From: Armatimonadota bacterium
Lineage (GTDB): Bacteria > Armatimonadota > SYMT01
Length of the DNA: 64,000 nucleotides
Direction of reading: 5' to 3'
NCBI GenBank assembly: GCA_041690135.1
Contig: JAWLHY010000010.1
Span: 96,001-160,000, forward strand
Shown: positions 39,381 to 49,071 of the stretch, piece after piece
How positions within the stretch are numbered: position 1 is the first letter of the stretch
Layout: each line of letters starts with the position of its first letter
The notes under the pieces: model-generated
Seen by the model: the letters and a program-made list of their open reading frames with translations, nothing else
Database searches by the model: none
What the model was told of the DNA's origin: nothing
Program-made: the position numbers and the translations under genes

Positions 39381-41831
39381 TCACTGGAGAGAAGTGCGCA
39401 CGCGCTCGGGCTGCCGCAGGGTGGGAGCAAACCGGGCGTAAGGGAAATGCCGGCCGCCCACGCGCCATCGGATGAACCTGGCCGCCCCCGGGGAGGCGTT
39501 GAAGTAGCCATCCGGCGTGGTTGCCAGCCAGTCGAGGCCTTCCTCATCTTCCGCTCCGGGCAGCAGGCGGAGGGTCGCGAGCTGCCGGCCACTCTCAGGA
39601 TCCCAGACCTGAGCGGTCGCCGCAGGGCCGCCGATGATGAGCCGCTTCCCGTCCGGCGAGAACTGTGCACTCGTTCCGGTCCCGGCGATCCGGCGCAGCT
39701 CTTTGCCGGTTTCGACTTCGACGATGTGGATGTTTTCATCACCCACAATGGCAGCGCGCCTGGCGTCTGGGGAGAGCGCCCCGGTGTCCAGGCTCCACTC
39801 GAGCGGCACTTGATGGACCCGCAGCACGCGGCCCTGTGGCACGCTCCAGCTCTTCACCATACCGGAGCGGTGGAAGCTGAAGTCGTCTTCCGCAAGCGCC
39901 GTCAACCTTCTCCCGTCCGGGGAGAACCGGATCTGCGTGATACTGCTGCCGGCATTCGTGAGCGTCTTGAGCAGCTTGCCGGTCTGGGTAGACCAGAGCT
40001 TGATCATCTGGTCCGAGTCGGCGGTGGCGAGGATCCGGCTATCGGGAGAGAACGCGACGCGGCTCGGCGTGCCGGTATGTCCCACGAACCGGTGGAGGCG
40101 CTTTCCCGTGGCGACGCTCCAGAGAGAATACTCGGACACCTCCGTTTCCAACGGTTCCCCCACGCCCAGAGCCAGCAGCCGACCGTCCGGGGAATAGTCC
40201 AGCGCGAGAACGGAAGTCTCACTGCCCCCAATCGAGCGGGGTTTTCCGCCCGCGCTCCAGAGGAGCAATCTTCCATCCTGGCACCCGGTGGCCAGGATCT
40301 TTCCGTCCGGTGAGAACGCGAGGTCCCGCACCGAGCCGAAGAAGAACGGGTTCGACCAGGTCAGGGAGCCGTCGCGCAAGTTCCACCGGCCGACCTGCCC
40401 CATCTGCTCGACCAGGAGGGCGGGACTGCCCGTCCCCACGGCGAGGGTCTGCCCATCCCGGGTAACCGCCAGGCTGACCGTGCTCCCCATTTCCGCATCG
40501 TCAGCCACCGGAAGCTCGCGCACCAGCTTTCCCGTTTGCGGATTCCACTCCTGAACGCCGATCCAGTTCTGGGACTGTCCACCGATATCAAACGTCACGA
40601 GGGAGCCCCGTCCCGGCCAGAAGAGCAGGCTGCGGCCGATCCCACGCGCCTTGAGGGTGTGCTTGAGCTCCCACGTCGCCGTGTCCCAAAGGCGGACGAG
40701 GTTATCGGAGCCCTGCTCGGGTTTCTCTGCCCCGGGTTCCCCGAGCGCCGGCATCGAACTGATCGCCAAGAGCTTTCCATCCGGCGAGAACGCCACCCGG
40801 CTGGCGCCCTCCGGCACCTCCAGTTTGCGGATCATCTCCCCATTGCTGGCGCTCAGCACGTGGACCACTCCCTGCTGAAAGCTACCGGCCGATACTACCA
40901 TTGCGGAGCTGTCCTTCGTGAAGTAGACGTCAGCGGGAGGAAATCCGGGCGTGTCGAGGAGACGAGGTGAACCAAGCAGCATGCCCGAAGGGAACGACCA
41001 CAGGCGTAGTGTCCCATCGGTGAGACATGCGACCAGCCTTTGGCCATCGGGGGAGAACTCCAGGTTGGCCAGGGGCGGCAGGTCCACGTTGAGGTTGAAG
41101 AATGCGCCAAAAAGCTTCCTGGCGGCCTGCGCAAACGGCTTGGCTTGCGCAGGCAGACTCTCCGCGGGGTTGAACAGATCACCGGATTTGGCCTGGCGCT
41201 TCAGTTCACCGAACGGCAGGCGGCGCGTCACCCGCATGCCCTGAAGATCCCACAACAGAACCGTGTTGTCCGGTCCCCCCGAGACCAGGGTTTGCTCGTC
41301 CAGCGAGAGGGTTGCGGGCGTCCGTGCCCCAGGCAATTCGGTGACCTTGCCGGACTTCGGGTCTTTGATCCGGAGCGCTCCCCCTTCATCGGCGACCAGG
41401 ATGCGGCCGCCCGGCAACCGGAGATTCGGCCCGGGCGGGGCCGGATCTTCCCGCAACTCACCCGTACGCGCGCTCCAGATGAAAGATTTCACATCGCCGT
41501 CGTTCCGGGCGTCGAAGTGGAGTTCCGAGCTATCCTCCGAAAAAGCCAGGTTCTCGGCGACACCGTAAACGCTGGAAAACTTGAACGGCAACACCTGGCG
41601 CAACTCCAGGGATTGCCCGTCCCAGATCCGCACCGTGTCGTCGCTGCCGCTGCTGGCGAGGAGCCGGCCGTCCGGCGATATGGCGAAGTCGACGATCCGC
41701 CCGGTGTGGCCGATCTGGAGGACCATCTCCGGCCTGGCATCACCCGCGCCGGCGCCGCTGGGGATCGTACCCGCCTGAGCCGCGAGGCCGGCAAACGCAA
41801 CCAGGGCCATCGTCATGAAGGAGCGTCTCAT
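39381..41831 (-). CDS. secreted WD40-repeat protein
   Basis: Signal peptide; many FSPDG...WD repeats; C-terminal WLATTPDGYF. Confidence 0.93.
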   Translation of the reverse strand: MRRSFMTMALVAFAGLAAQAGTIPSGAGAGDARPEMVLQIGHTGRIVDFAISPDGRLLASSGSDDTVRIWDGQSLELRQVLPFKFSSVYGVAENLAFSEDSSELHFDARNDGDVKSFIWSARTGELREDPAPPGPNLRLPGGRILVADEGGALRIKDPKSGKVTELPGARTPATLSLDEQTLVSGGPDNTVLLWDLQGMRVTRRLPFGELKRQAKSGDLFNPAESLPAQAKPFAQAARKLFGAFFNLNVDLPPLANLEFSPDGQRLVACLTDGTLRLWSFPSGMLLGSPRLLDTPGFPPADVYFTKDSSAMVVSAGSFQQGVVHVLSASNGEMIRKLEVPEGASRVAFSPDGKLLAISSMPALGEPGAEKPEQGSDNLVRLWDTATWELKHTLKARGIGRSLLFWPGRGSLVTFDIGGQSQNWIGVQEWNPQTGKLVRELPVADDAEMGSTVSLAVTRDGQTLAVGTGSPALLVEQMGQVGRWNLRDGSLTWSNPFFFGSVRDLAFSPDGKILATGCQDGRLLLWSAGGKPRSIGGSETSVLALDYSPDGRLLALGVGEPLETEVSEYSLWSVATGKRLHRFVGHTGTPSRVAFSPDSRILATADSDQMIKLWSTQTGKLLKTLTNAGSSITQIRFSPDGRRLTALAEDDFSFHRSGMVKSWSVPQGRVLRVHQVPLEWSLDTGALSPDARRAAIVGDENIHIVEVETGKELRRIAGTGTSAQFSPDGKRLIIGGPAATAQVWDPESGRQLATLRLLPGAEDEEGLDWLATTPDGYFNASPGAARFIRWRVGGRHFPYARFAPTLRQPERVRTSLQ

Positions 41832-44137
41832 CGTTTCCCACCCGCCCGCTTGAGGTGGCGGACCACCTGAGTGTGACCTTCCTCTTCCGCCATCGCGAGC
41901 GCCGTCTTCCCATCCTTCGCGCGGAGTGCGGCGTTAGCCCCCTTCGCCAGCAGGAGCTTCACCATCTCCAGGCGTCCCGCGCTTGCCGCGCTCATCAATG
42001 CCGTGTGGCCGTCGTCCGTCCGCGCGTTGATCTCGGCGCCCTTCGCCAGAAGGAGCCCGGCAATCGCAAGGTTCCCCTTGTGCGCCGCCGCCATCAGAGG
42101 GCGGGCGCCCATCTCGACGGGCACGTTCGGCCGAGCGCCGCGCCCCAGGAGCATGCGGGTCACTTCCGTCTCGTTGCGGTAGACGGCGATAAAGAGAGGG
42201 CTTCCGATGGGAGTCTTCTGGTTCGGGTCCGCGCCGCTCCGGAGAAGGAGCCGCACCAGATCCGCCCGCGTCCACTGGTCGGCGAGCAGTCCCTCCGCCA
42301 GCTTTTCCGCCAGTTCCCCGAGCTTCTCCGGGTTTGGGACCCGCTCCAGGGCGCGGCCGACCGCGTCGGCGGCCTTGGGCGGAAGAAGCGGCTCCGAGGG
42401 TGCGGCAGGCTCGGGAAGCGGCTCCCGCGCGGCGGCCGGCTCCGCCTGGCGCGGGTCATCTCGATCCGGAGCAAGAGCCAGGAACAACGGGGTACCTCCC
42501 CGCGCACTGGCGAGGTTCGGGTTCGCGCCTTTCTCGAGCAGCAGCCGGACGAGGTTCAGGTCCTGCATACCGGATTGCGCCCAGCGCAAAAGTGCGTGGT
42601 GCAGCGCGGTGTTTCCGTCAGCATCTTTCGTGTTGGGGTCCGCCCCATTCGCCAGCAGCATCCCCGTGATCTCGGTGTTGGCGCCGTAGGCGGCGAGCAT
42701 GAGGGGCGTCACCCCTCCCTGGTGCCGGGTGTTCGGGTCCGCCTTCGCCTCCAGGAGAGCCCGTACCCCCTCCTCCGGGCCGAAGAGCGCCGCCTGGTAG
42801 AGCGCCGTGTTGCCGGCCGCGTCCTTCGCGTTCGGGTCGGCCCCTTTCTCCAGCAGCATCCGGATCAGCGTCTCACTGTGGGCGTTCGCCGCCTGGACGA
42901 GGGCAGGCGTACCCTGCTCATCCTTCTGGTTCGGGTCGGCACCGCGCTCCAACAGCGCGCGGGCGGAGACGGCGTCTTCAGCCTCAATGGCGGCCAGAAG
43001 ATCCTTATGGGGAAGCTCCGCGCCGGCCTTCACGAGCACCTCCACGACCTCCGGGTTATCTTGCTGGCCCGCCTTCAGGAGGGGAGTATTCCCCTGCGCA
43101 TCGCGAGCATTCGGCGAGGCCTTACGCTCCAGGAGCAGCTTGACCGCGGCCACTGCCCCATGCTCGGCCGCTTTGAGGAGGGGCGTAACGCCGGTGCTGT
43201 CTGCGGCATTTGGGTCGGCACCTTTCTCCAGGAGCACCTGCAGCACCTTCGGTTCCTCCAGGGTGGCTGCCGCGTGGACCGCGGTCGCGCCCTGCTCGTT
43301 CCGCGCCCGGATGTCCGCGCCCTGTTCGATCAGGAGCCGGACGATCTCGACGAACCCCCCATCCGCCGCCGCCATCAGAGCGGTCTGGCCCGAACTCGTA
43401 GCGGCATTGACCTCCGCCCCCTTCGCCAGGAGCGTCTGAATCAGCGCGGCATCACCCAACCGCGACAGCGAGATGAGCGGCGTCTCGCCCTCTCGGTTGC
43501 GGACTTTCACCTCGGCGCCGCGTTCCAGCAGGAGCCGGGCCAGATCCGCCGTCTCGGCCAGAGCGGAGAGCATCAGCACCGAATCGCCGTCGTAGTCCCG
43601 GGCATTGAGGTTCGCGCCGCGTTCCAGCAGCAGGCGCGCCGTTTCCAGTTGGCCGGTCTGCACGGCCCAGGCGAGCGCGGTGAGCCCCCGGTTGTCCCGC
43701 AACTCCAGCGCGGCGCCCCGATCCAGCAGCAATCGGACCAGTTCGACGTGGCCGTTCCCGGCGGCCTGCATCAGGGCGGTGGTGCCGTCGTTGTTTTCGG
43801 CATCTATGTGCGCCCCGCCATCCAGGAGCGCGCGGGTGAGGGGGAGATGGCCCGCATGGGCTACGAGAGAAAGCACCCGGAAGCCTTCCCGATCCACAAG
43901 ATCGGGGTCAACTCCCTGCGCCAGGCGCGCGCGGACACCCGCTACATCCGCGGCCGCCAGCAACGCCAGCAGGCTGGGTGGGGATTTCGGCACGGCCTTG
44001 CGGGCAGGCGCCGGCCGTGTTCGGGCAGGAGCCCGGCGTGTCTTTCCCGGAGCGGTATGCGCCGGTAGGGATGCGCCGAGGATCGCCAGGAGAGCAGTCG
44101 TCGCAGGCAGGAAACGGTGGTGCATTCGGGGCGACAT
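41828..44137 (-). CDS. secreted ankyrin-repeat protein
   Basis: Many G-x-T-[AP]-L...LL..GAD.N repeats; signal peptide; 4-bp overlap with the WD40 gene. Confidence 0.95.
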   Translation of the reverse strand: MSPRMHHRFLPATTALLAILGASLPAHTAPGKTRRAPARTRPAPARKAVPKSPPSLLALLAAADVAGVRARLAQGVDPDLVDREGFRVLSLVAHAGHLPLTRALLDGGAHIDAENNDGTTALMQAAGNGHVELVRLLLDRGAALELRDNRGLTALAWAVQTGQLETARLLLERGANLNARDYDGDSVLMLSALAETADLARLLLERGAEVKVRNREGETPLISLSRLGDAALIQTLLAKGAEVNAATSSGQTALMAAADGGFVEIVRLLIEQGADIRARNEQGATAVHAAATLEEPKVLQVLLEKGADPNAADSTGVTPLLKAAEHGAVAAVKLLLERKASPNARDAQGNTPLLKAGQQDNPEVVEVLVKAGAELPHKDLLAAIEAEDAVSARALLERGADPNQKDEQGTPALVQAANAHSETLIRMLLEKGADPNAKDAAGNTALYQAALFGPEEGVRALLEAKADPNTRHQGGVTPLMLAAYGANTEITGMLLANGADPNTKDADGNTALHHALLRWAQSGMQDLNLVRLLLEKGANPNLASARGGTPLFLALAPDRDDPRQAEPAAAREPLPEPAAPSEPLLPPKAADAVGRALERVPNPEKLGELAEKLAEGLLADQWTRADLVRLLLRSGADPNQKTPIGSPLFIAVYRNETEVTRMLLGRGARPNVPVEMGARPLMAAAHKGNLAIAGLLLAKGAEINARTDDGHTALMSAASAGRLEMVKLLLAKGANAALRAKDGKTALAMAEEEGHTQVVRHLKRAGGKR

Positions 44138-44300
44138 GGCTTGGCCTCGCTCGAGACGGATTCCAGGTTGCCCGAACAATTCTTGCTTTATGGCCTGGTT
44201 GAGCGATGTGCGGACAACGGGACCGTGGTCAGTTCGACATCATGCAGCAGTCTACCTTTGTGAATTGCCGCAGGGATTGCCTTGCCGCGTTGGGCCGCAC

Positions 44301-45947
44301 TTACTCTTTTCCGACCTGGATGACGTCGCCGCCGATGCGGTCCGCGAAGTGACGGTCGTGGGAGACATAGATGATGGCGCCGTGGTACTGGTTGAGCGCG
44401 TCTTCCAACTCCTCGATGGAGGGGAGATCGAGGTGGTTCGTGGGTTCGTCGAGCACCAGCAGCGAAGGGTTGCCGCTGAGCATGCAGATCAACTGGAACC
44501 GCGCCTTCTGGCCCCCCGAGAGCACCCGCAGGGGCAGGTTCCGATCCTGCTGCGGGTCGAAGAGGTAGTCGGACATCACCTTGAGGAGCGTCTGCTCGTT
44601 CAGCGGGCGCGCGGCGGCGGCGTAGACGGTCTCGATCGCCTGCCCCAGGTACATGGAGAGGTAGCGCGTTTCGACTTCCTGCCGGTAGACCCCCACCCGC
44701 AGTTGGGCGCCGGGGCGCACCGTGCCGGAGAAGATTCTGGCCACGGTTGGGGCGCCGTCCGCTTCGTGCAGCAATGCCTGGATGAGGGTAGACTTTCCGG
44801 CGCCGTTGCGGCCGCGGAACATCAGCCGGTCGCCCTGCCGGAGGTTGAAGCTGAGGGGCGCGAAGAGCGGGTGGTCGTAGCCGACGGAGAGGCTATTCAC
44901 CTCCAGCAGTTGGCGCCGGTGGCCGTCCGAGTTGGGGGTGTCGATCCGGATGGTGCGGGCCTTGTAGCGGTCGTAGCCCGCCCGCAGCTCTTCCTGCATC
45001 TGGGAGGTCGTCTCGCGGTCGATCCAGAAGGAAGGCTTTTCCAGCCCCTGCTTGAGGGCCTGGTACTCGCGGGTGAGGCGTTCTTCCAGGATCTTCGAGG
45101 GGTTGGAGGAGGCTTTCCCCTTGCGGGCCGCGGCCGCCTGGATCTGCTTCTCCAGCACTTCCATGCGCTTGAGGGAGGCCTCGTACAGGGTCACCTGCGA
45201 AAGCGTTTCGGTACTGTTCTGCTGGATGTACCGGGCATAGTTGCCGGAATAGGTGAAGGCCTGAAAGTCGCGGAGCTCGATGATGGAGTCGACCTCTTCC
45301 AGCACGTCCCGGTCGTGCGTGATGATGCACGCCGCGGTCTCCAACCCACGCAGCCACTGGATAAACAGGTCTTTGCCGTGGTAGTCCAAGTGGTTGGTCG
45401 GCTCGTCGAGGAGGATCAGGTCCGCGCCTGCGAAGGCGACCTTGACCATCTCCATCAGTCGCTTCTGGCCGCCGGACAGGGTGCCGATAGGACGCTGGGC
45501 CGTTTCGGGGTCGATGTCGAAGCCGCCGAAGGCTTCCAGGACCTGGTCTTCGATGCCGTAGTAGTCGCGGTCGATGAACTCCTGGAGCGCATCGGTGTAG
45601 ACGCGAATCTTCTCCAGGTCCTCACCCATCGTTTCGGGGTAGGTCTCGACGATCTCCTTGAGCTTCAGGTAGTCCGGGACATGTTCGAGGACGTAGTCCA
45701 GCGCGGTACGCTCTTCCACGGCCGCGTGCTCCTGCGCGGTGGCGATGATGCGGAGGCCCCGCTTGCGGGTGACGCTGCCCTGGAAATCACTGTCCGCACC
45801 GGTGATGATCCCGAGCAGGGTGCTCTTCCCCACCCCATTGCGCCCGATCAAGCCCACGTGGGTGGACTCGGGCAACACCAGGTTCAAGTCGCGGAACAGA
45901 AGCTTGGAGCCGAGATGCTTCTCGGCGATCGATAACGTGACGAGCAT
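44301..45947 (-). CDS. ABC-F family ribosome-binding ATPase
   Basis: Two NBDs (GRNGVGKST and GRNGAGKST; LSGGQ twice; DEPTNHLD twice), helical linker, no TM. Confidence 0.95.
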   Translation of the reverse strand: MLVTLSIAEKHLGSKLLFRDLNLVLPESTHVGLIGRNGVGKSTLLGIITGADSDFQGSVTRKRGLRIIATAQEHAAVEERTALDYVLEHVPDYLKLKEIVETYPETMGEDLEKIRVYTDALQEFIDRDYYGIEDQVLEAFGGFDIDPETAQRPIGTLSGGQKRLMEMVKVAFAGADLILLDEPTNHLDYHGKDLFIQWLRGLETAACIITHDRDVLEEVDSIIELRDFQAFTYSGNYARYIQQNSTETLSQVTLYEASLKRMEVLEKQIQAAAARKGKASSNPSKILEERLTREYQALKQGLEKPSFWIDRETTSQMQEELRAGYDRYKARTIRIDTPNSDGHRRQLLEVNSLSVGYDHPLFAPLSFNLRQGDRLMFRGRNGAGKSTLIQALLHEADGAPTVARIFSGTVRPGAQLRVGVYRQEVETRYLSMYLGQAIETVYAAAARPLNEQTLLKVMSDYLFDPQQDRNLPLRVLSGGQKARFQLICMLSGNPSLLVLDEPTNHLDLPSIEELEDALNQYHGAIIYVSHDRHFADRIGGDVIQVGKE

Positions 45948-46007
45948 GGTTGTGGACAGGACCTCCGGGGTTCGGCGACCCCGCCGGCTTTCCGGCGTCC
46001 CGAGCAG

Positions 46008-46041
46008 CAAGAAAGGCCAGACGCCTGTCGCGCCTGGCCTT
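46008..46041 (-). terminator. putative attenuator terminator in the ABC-F leader
   Basis: Minus strand AAGGCCAGGCGC-GACA-GGCGTCTGGCCTT followed by TCTT. Confidence 0.6.
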
Positions 46042-46171
46042 CCGAATTCGGGAGCTCAAAGAGCCACTTCTGCGTTCCCGCCATTCCTCCGTCAACCAGG
46101 GCCACAGCCGCCGCGTTACGCCCGGTTCCGGAAGTTAGGTTCCGGCTGGATCGTAACGGGCTATCAGCGCT

Positions 46172-46195
46172 CTAATCGCGGGAAAGGGTGAACAT
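46172..46195 (-). CDS. putative leaderless leader peptide MFTLSRD
   Basis: ATG TTC ACC CTT TCC CGC GAT TAG starts 7 nt after an extended -10 (TGtTATACT, 46203-46211). Confidence 0.45.
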   Translation of the reverse strand: MFTLSRD

Positions 46196-46240
46196 CGGCG
46201 GCAGTATAACACAGCCACCGCGGATTTGCAGTAGCTCCTC

Positions 46241-47719
46241 CTAATGTGCCGGAGAAAGGTCGAGAGCCCCCGCCTTGTCGTGGATGGCCACCCGCTCGAC
46301 CAGGTCCTGGCACGCCGCGCTGACCCCATCCAGGCGGGCCTTCACGCCCCGGCGGCGGTACGCGAGAATGATCTTATCCAGCATGGCGATGCTCGAGGCA
46401 TCCCATACATGGGCGGCGCTCAGGTCGATTACCACTTCCTCAACCTTCTCATCCATTTCGAACCGGCCCATCAGGTGGTTCGCCGATACGAAAAAGAGCT
46501 CGCCGCTCAGCCGGTAGGTGCGCACCCGTCCATCCGGGCTCAACTCGGAGTGGAGGGAGGCGAGCTTGGCCACCTTGCGCGCAAAGAGGAGAGAGCTGAG
46601 GACCACCCCGACCAGCACTCCGCGGGCGAGGTCGTGCGTGGCGACCACCGCCACGACGGTAGCCACCATTACCAGTCCCTCTCCGCGCGGCTCGATCCGC
46701 ATCCGGCGCAGGCAGGCCCAGTCGAAGGTGCTGATGGAAACCATGATCATCACGGCGACCAGGGCCGCCATGGGGATCCGGGTGAGGATAGGGCTGAGCA
46801 CCAGGATGAAGAGGAGCAGGAACAGGCCCGCCGCCAGCGAGGAGAGCCGTCCGCGTCCGCCGGATTTCACGTTGATGACGGACTGGCCGATCATGGCGCA
46901 GCCCGCCATGCCGCCGAAGAAGCCCGTAACTACGTTCGCCACGCCCTGGCCCATCGCTTCCCGGTTCTTGTCGCTCCCGGTGCCGGTCATATCGTCCACG
47001 ATCTGTGCCGTAAGCAGCGACTCCAGGAGCCCGACCATCGCCAGCGTGACCGACACGGGCGCGATGATGCCGAGCGTTTCCAGGTTCAGCGGAACGCCGG
47101 GGAGTTGGAAAAACGGGAGCGTGGTGGGCAGCTTGCCCATGTCCCCCACTGTCGGCAGGTCCCAGCCGAGCAGCAGCGTGAGGCCGGTGACCACGCCAAT
47201 CGCGACCAGGGGCGCCGGCACCGCCTTCGTGACCCGGGGGAGCAGATAGATCACCGCGAGGCCCAATGCCACCATCGCGTACATCTGCCAGCCCATGCCG
47301 CGGAAGTGGGGCAACTGGGCGAGGAAGATGAGGATGGCGAGCGCATTCACGAATCCCACCATCACGCTGCGGGGCACGAAGCTCATGTAACGCGCCAACT
47401 TGCAGGCGCCAAAGACCACCTGGACGATGCCGGTGAGCACGGTGGCGGCAAAGAGATAGGACAGCCCATGATCACGAACGAGGTGGACCATCAACAGGGC
47501 CATCGCTCCGGTGGCCGCGGAGATCATCGCCGGACGTCCCCCGACAAAGGCAGTGACCACGGCGATACAGAAGGAGGCGAACAGTCCTACCTGGGGGTCA
47601 ACGCCCGCCACAATCGAGAAGGCGATGGCTTCGGGAATGAGGGCCAACGCAACGACCAGGCCGGACACCAGGTCGCCGCTCACATTACCGAACCACTGTC
47701 GCTTGGCAGCTTCCTGCAC
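46241..47719 (-). CDS. SulP (SLC26) anion transporter with STAS domain
   Basis: [39 protein letters not shown]; AAGGAG before GTG 47719. Confidence 0.95.
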   Translation of the reverse strand: MQEAAKRQWFGNVSGDLVSGLVVALALIPEAIAFSIVAGVDPQVGLFASFCIAVVTAFVGGRPAMISAATGAMALLMVHLVRDHGLSYLFAATVLTGIVQVVFGACKLARYMSFVPRSVMVGFVNALAILIFLAQLPHFRGMGWQMYAMVALGLAVIYLLPRVTKAVPAPLVAIGVVTGLTLLLGWDLPTVGDMGKLPTTLPFFQLPGVPLNLETLGIIAPVSVTLAMVGLLESLLTAQIVDDMTGTGSDKNREAMGQGVANVVTGFFGGMAGCAMIGQSVINVKSGGRGRLSSLAAGLFLLLFILVLSPILTRIPMAALVAVMIMVSISTFDWACLRRMRIEPRGEGLVMVATVVAVVATHDLARGVLVGVVLSSLLFARKVAKLASLHSELSPDGRVRTYRLSGELFFVSANHLMGRFEMDEKVEEVVIDLSAAHVWDASSIAMLDKIILAYRRRGVKARLDGVSAACQDLVERVAIHDKAGALDLSPAH

Positions 47720-48044
47720 AGAGAGGCTCCTTTTCAAGAGATCGGAAACGGAATGACGCAATGAGACCGTGCTCAACGGAAGACGAAACGATCGTCGGGT
47801 CGCCGCTTTAAAGACAAGGGCGGCGGAAAGAATCGGTCTTCCGTCCGTGAGCGGGTCTAGAGACGGTACAGCAGTCAACCTGGTGGTAGGGTGATTGCCG
47901 GTCCCTTCGTCATTGAAGGAGGGAAGGACACAACGCGGAGGACCGGGCGGTCCGGGGGCCCAGCAGTCCAGAGGGAACGAAGGCGGGGACGCGACGCGTG
48001 GCAGCCTGACGCGCCAGTATGCCGGAAGCGGTCCGGCAAGTCAA
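47720..48044 (-). promoter_or_regulatory. sulP promoter and ~290-nt structured 5' leader
   Basis: TTGACT (48039-44)-N17-CATACT (48016-21); hairpins at 47940-53 and 47771-47852. Confidence 0.6.
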
Positions 48045-48050
48045 CCTAAA

Positions 48051-48095
48051 ACTGCACACTGGGAGCAGGCCGGGGCAAAGCTCCCAGTGTGCAGT
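48051..48095. repeat. 16-bp perfect inverted repeat in a divergent promoter region
   Basis: ACTGCACACTGGGAGC-N13-GCTCCCAGTGTGCAGT. Confidence 0.85.
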
Positions 48096-48163
48096 ATCCG
48101 GGAGATGTTGCACCCCAGTGACCATGGAGCGGTGCGATTCCGCTGCACCGAAACGGAGGGCTC

Positions 48164-49012
48164 GTGACCAACGAGGAGATCGCAGCTCGGTTGGAGGAAA
48201 CCGCCGACCTTCTGGAGCTCGACCCCGGCGCGAACCGGTACCGGGTGGGAGCCTACCGCGAAGGCGCGGCTACTCTCCGTCAGGTCCAGGAGCCAGTCGA
48301 GGATATCCTGGCGAAATCCGGCCAGAAGGGCCTGCGCCAGCTCTATGGAATTGGCGAAGGGCTGGCCGGTTCCATCCGGGAACTGGTTGAAACCGGGCAC
48401 CTGGGTCTCCTCGACCGACTCCGTGAGGAAGCGGAGCCGGAGCGAGCCTTCACGACGCTCCCCGGCGTGGGACCGAAGCTGGCGACGCGCATTCACCAGC
48501 AGTTGGATGTCGAAACGCTCCCGGAACTGGAACGGGCGGCTCACTCGGGGCGGCTGCGGGAAGTCGCGGGGATCGGGTCGAAGCTGGAGCGGCATATCCA
48601 GGAGGCCCTACAGGCACGTCTCCAGCGGCGGCCGGCATCCAGCCGGAAGCCACCCGTGGAAGAGATCCTGGACGTCGACCGCGAATACCGCGAAAGGGCG
48701 GCAGCGGGACGGCTGCGGCGGATCGCACCCCGGCGGTTCAATCTCGAGGGAGAAACCTGGCTGCCCGTGTTGAACAGCCACCGCGGGGAGCGGAGATACA
48801 CGGCCCTCTTTTCGAACACCGCGTTGGCCCACCAGTTGAACAAGACGCGCGACTGGGTGGTCCTTTACTACGCGCTACCGGGTGAGCCGGAGGAGCAGGT
48901 GACGGTGGTGACGGAGTCCAGCGGACAGTGGGCGGGACGGCGGATGATCCGGGGGCGCGAACAGGAGTGCCTCCGCTTTTACGAGTTGTCGGAACGCGCC
49001 GCGGCAGCTTGA
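48164..49012 (+). CDS. helix-hairpin-helix DNA-binding protein (PolX N-terminal-like)
   Basis: NEEIA..L...ADLLE...N.YRV.AY; HhH motifs GIGEG, PGVGPK, GIGSK; no polymerase palm. Confidence 0.88.
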   Translation: MTNEEIAARLEETADLLELDPGANRYRVGAYREGAATLRQVQEPVEDILAKSGQKGLRQLYGIGEGLAGSIRELVETGHLGLLDRLREEAEPERAFTTLPGVGPKLATRIHQQLDVETLPELERAAHSGRLREVAGIGSKLERHIQEALQARLQRRPASSRKPPVEEILDVDREYRERAAAGRLRRIAPRRFNLEGETWLPVLNSHRGERRYTALFSNTALAHQLNKTRDWVVLYYALPGEPEEQVTVVTESSGQWAGRRMIRGREQECLRFYELSERAAAA

Positions 49013-49071
49013 GCTATGTCACGGATAGCAGCACTTCCCGCCCCAGCACCAGGACCAGCAGCCCGGGGTAG

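Noticed and set aside
45884-46105. 73-aa ORF in the ABC-F leader
   Set aside because: GGAGG lies only 1 nt from the internal ATG, the ORF crosses the terminator and its composition is not protein-like.
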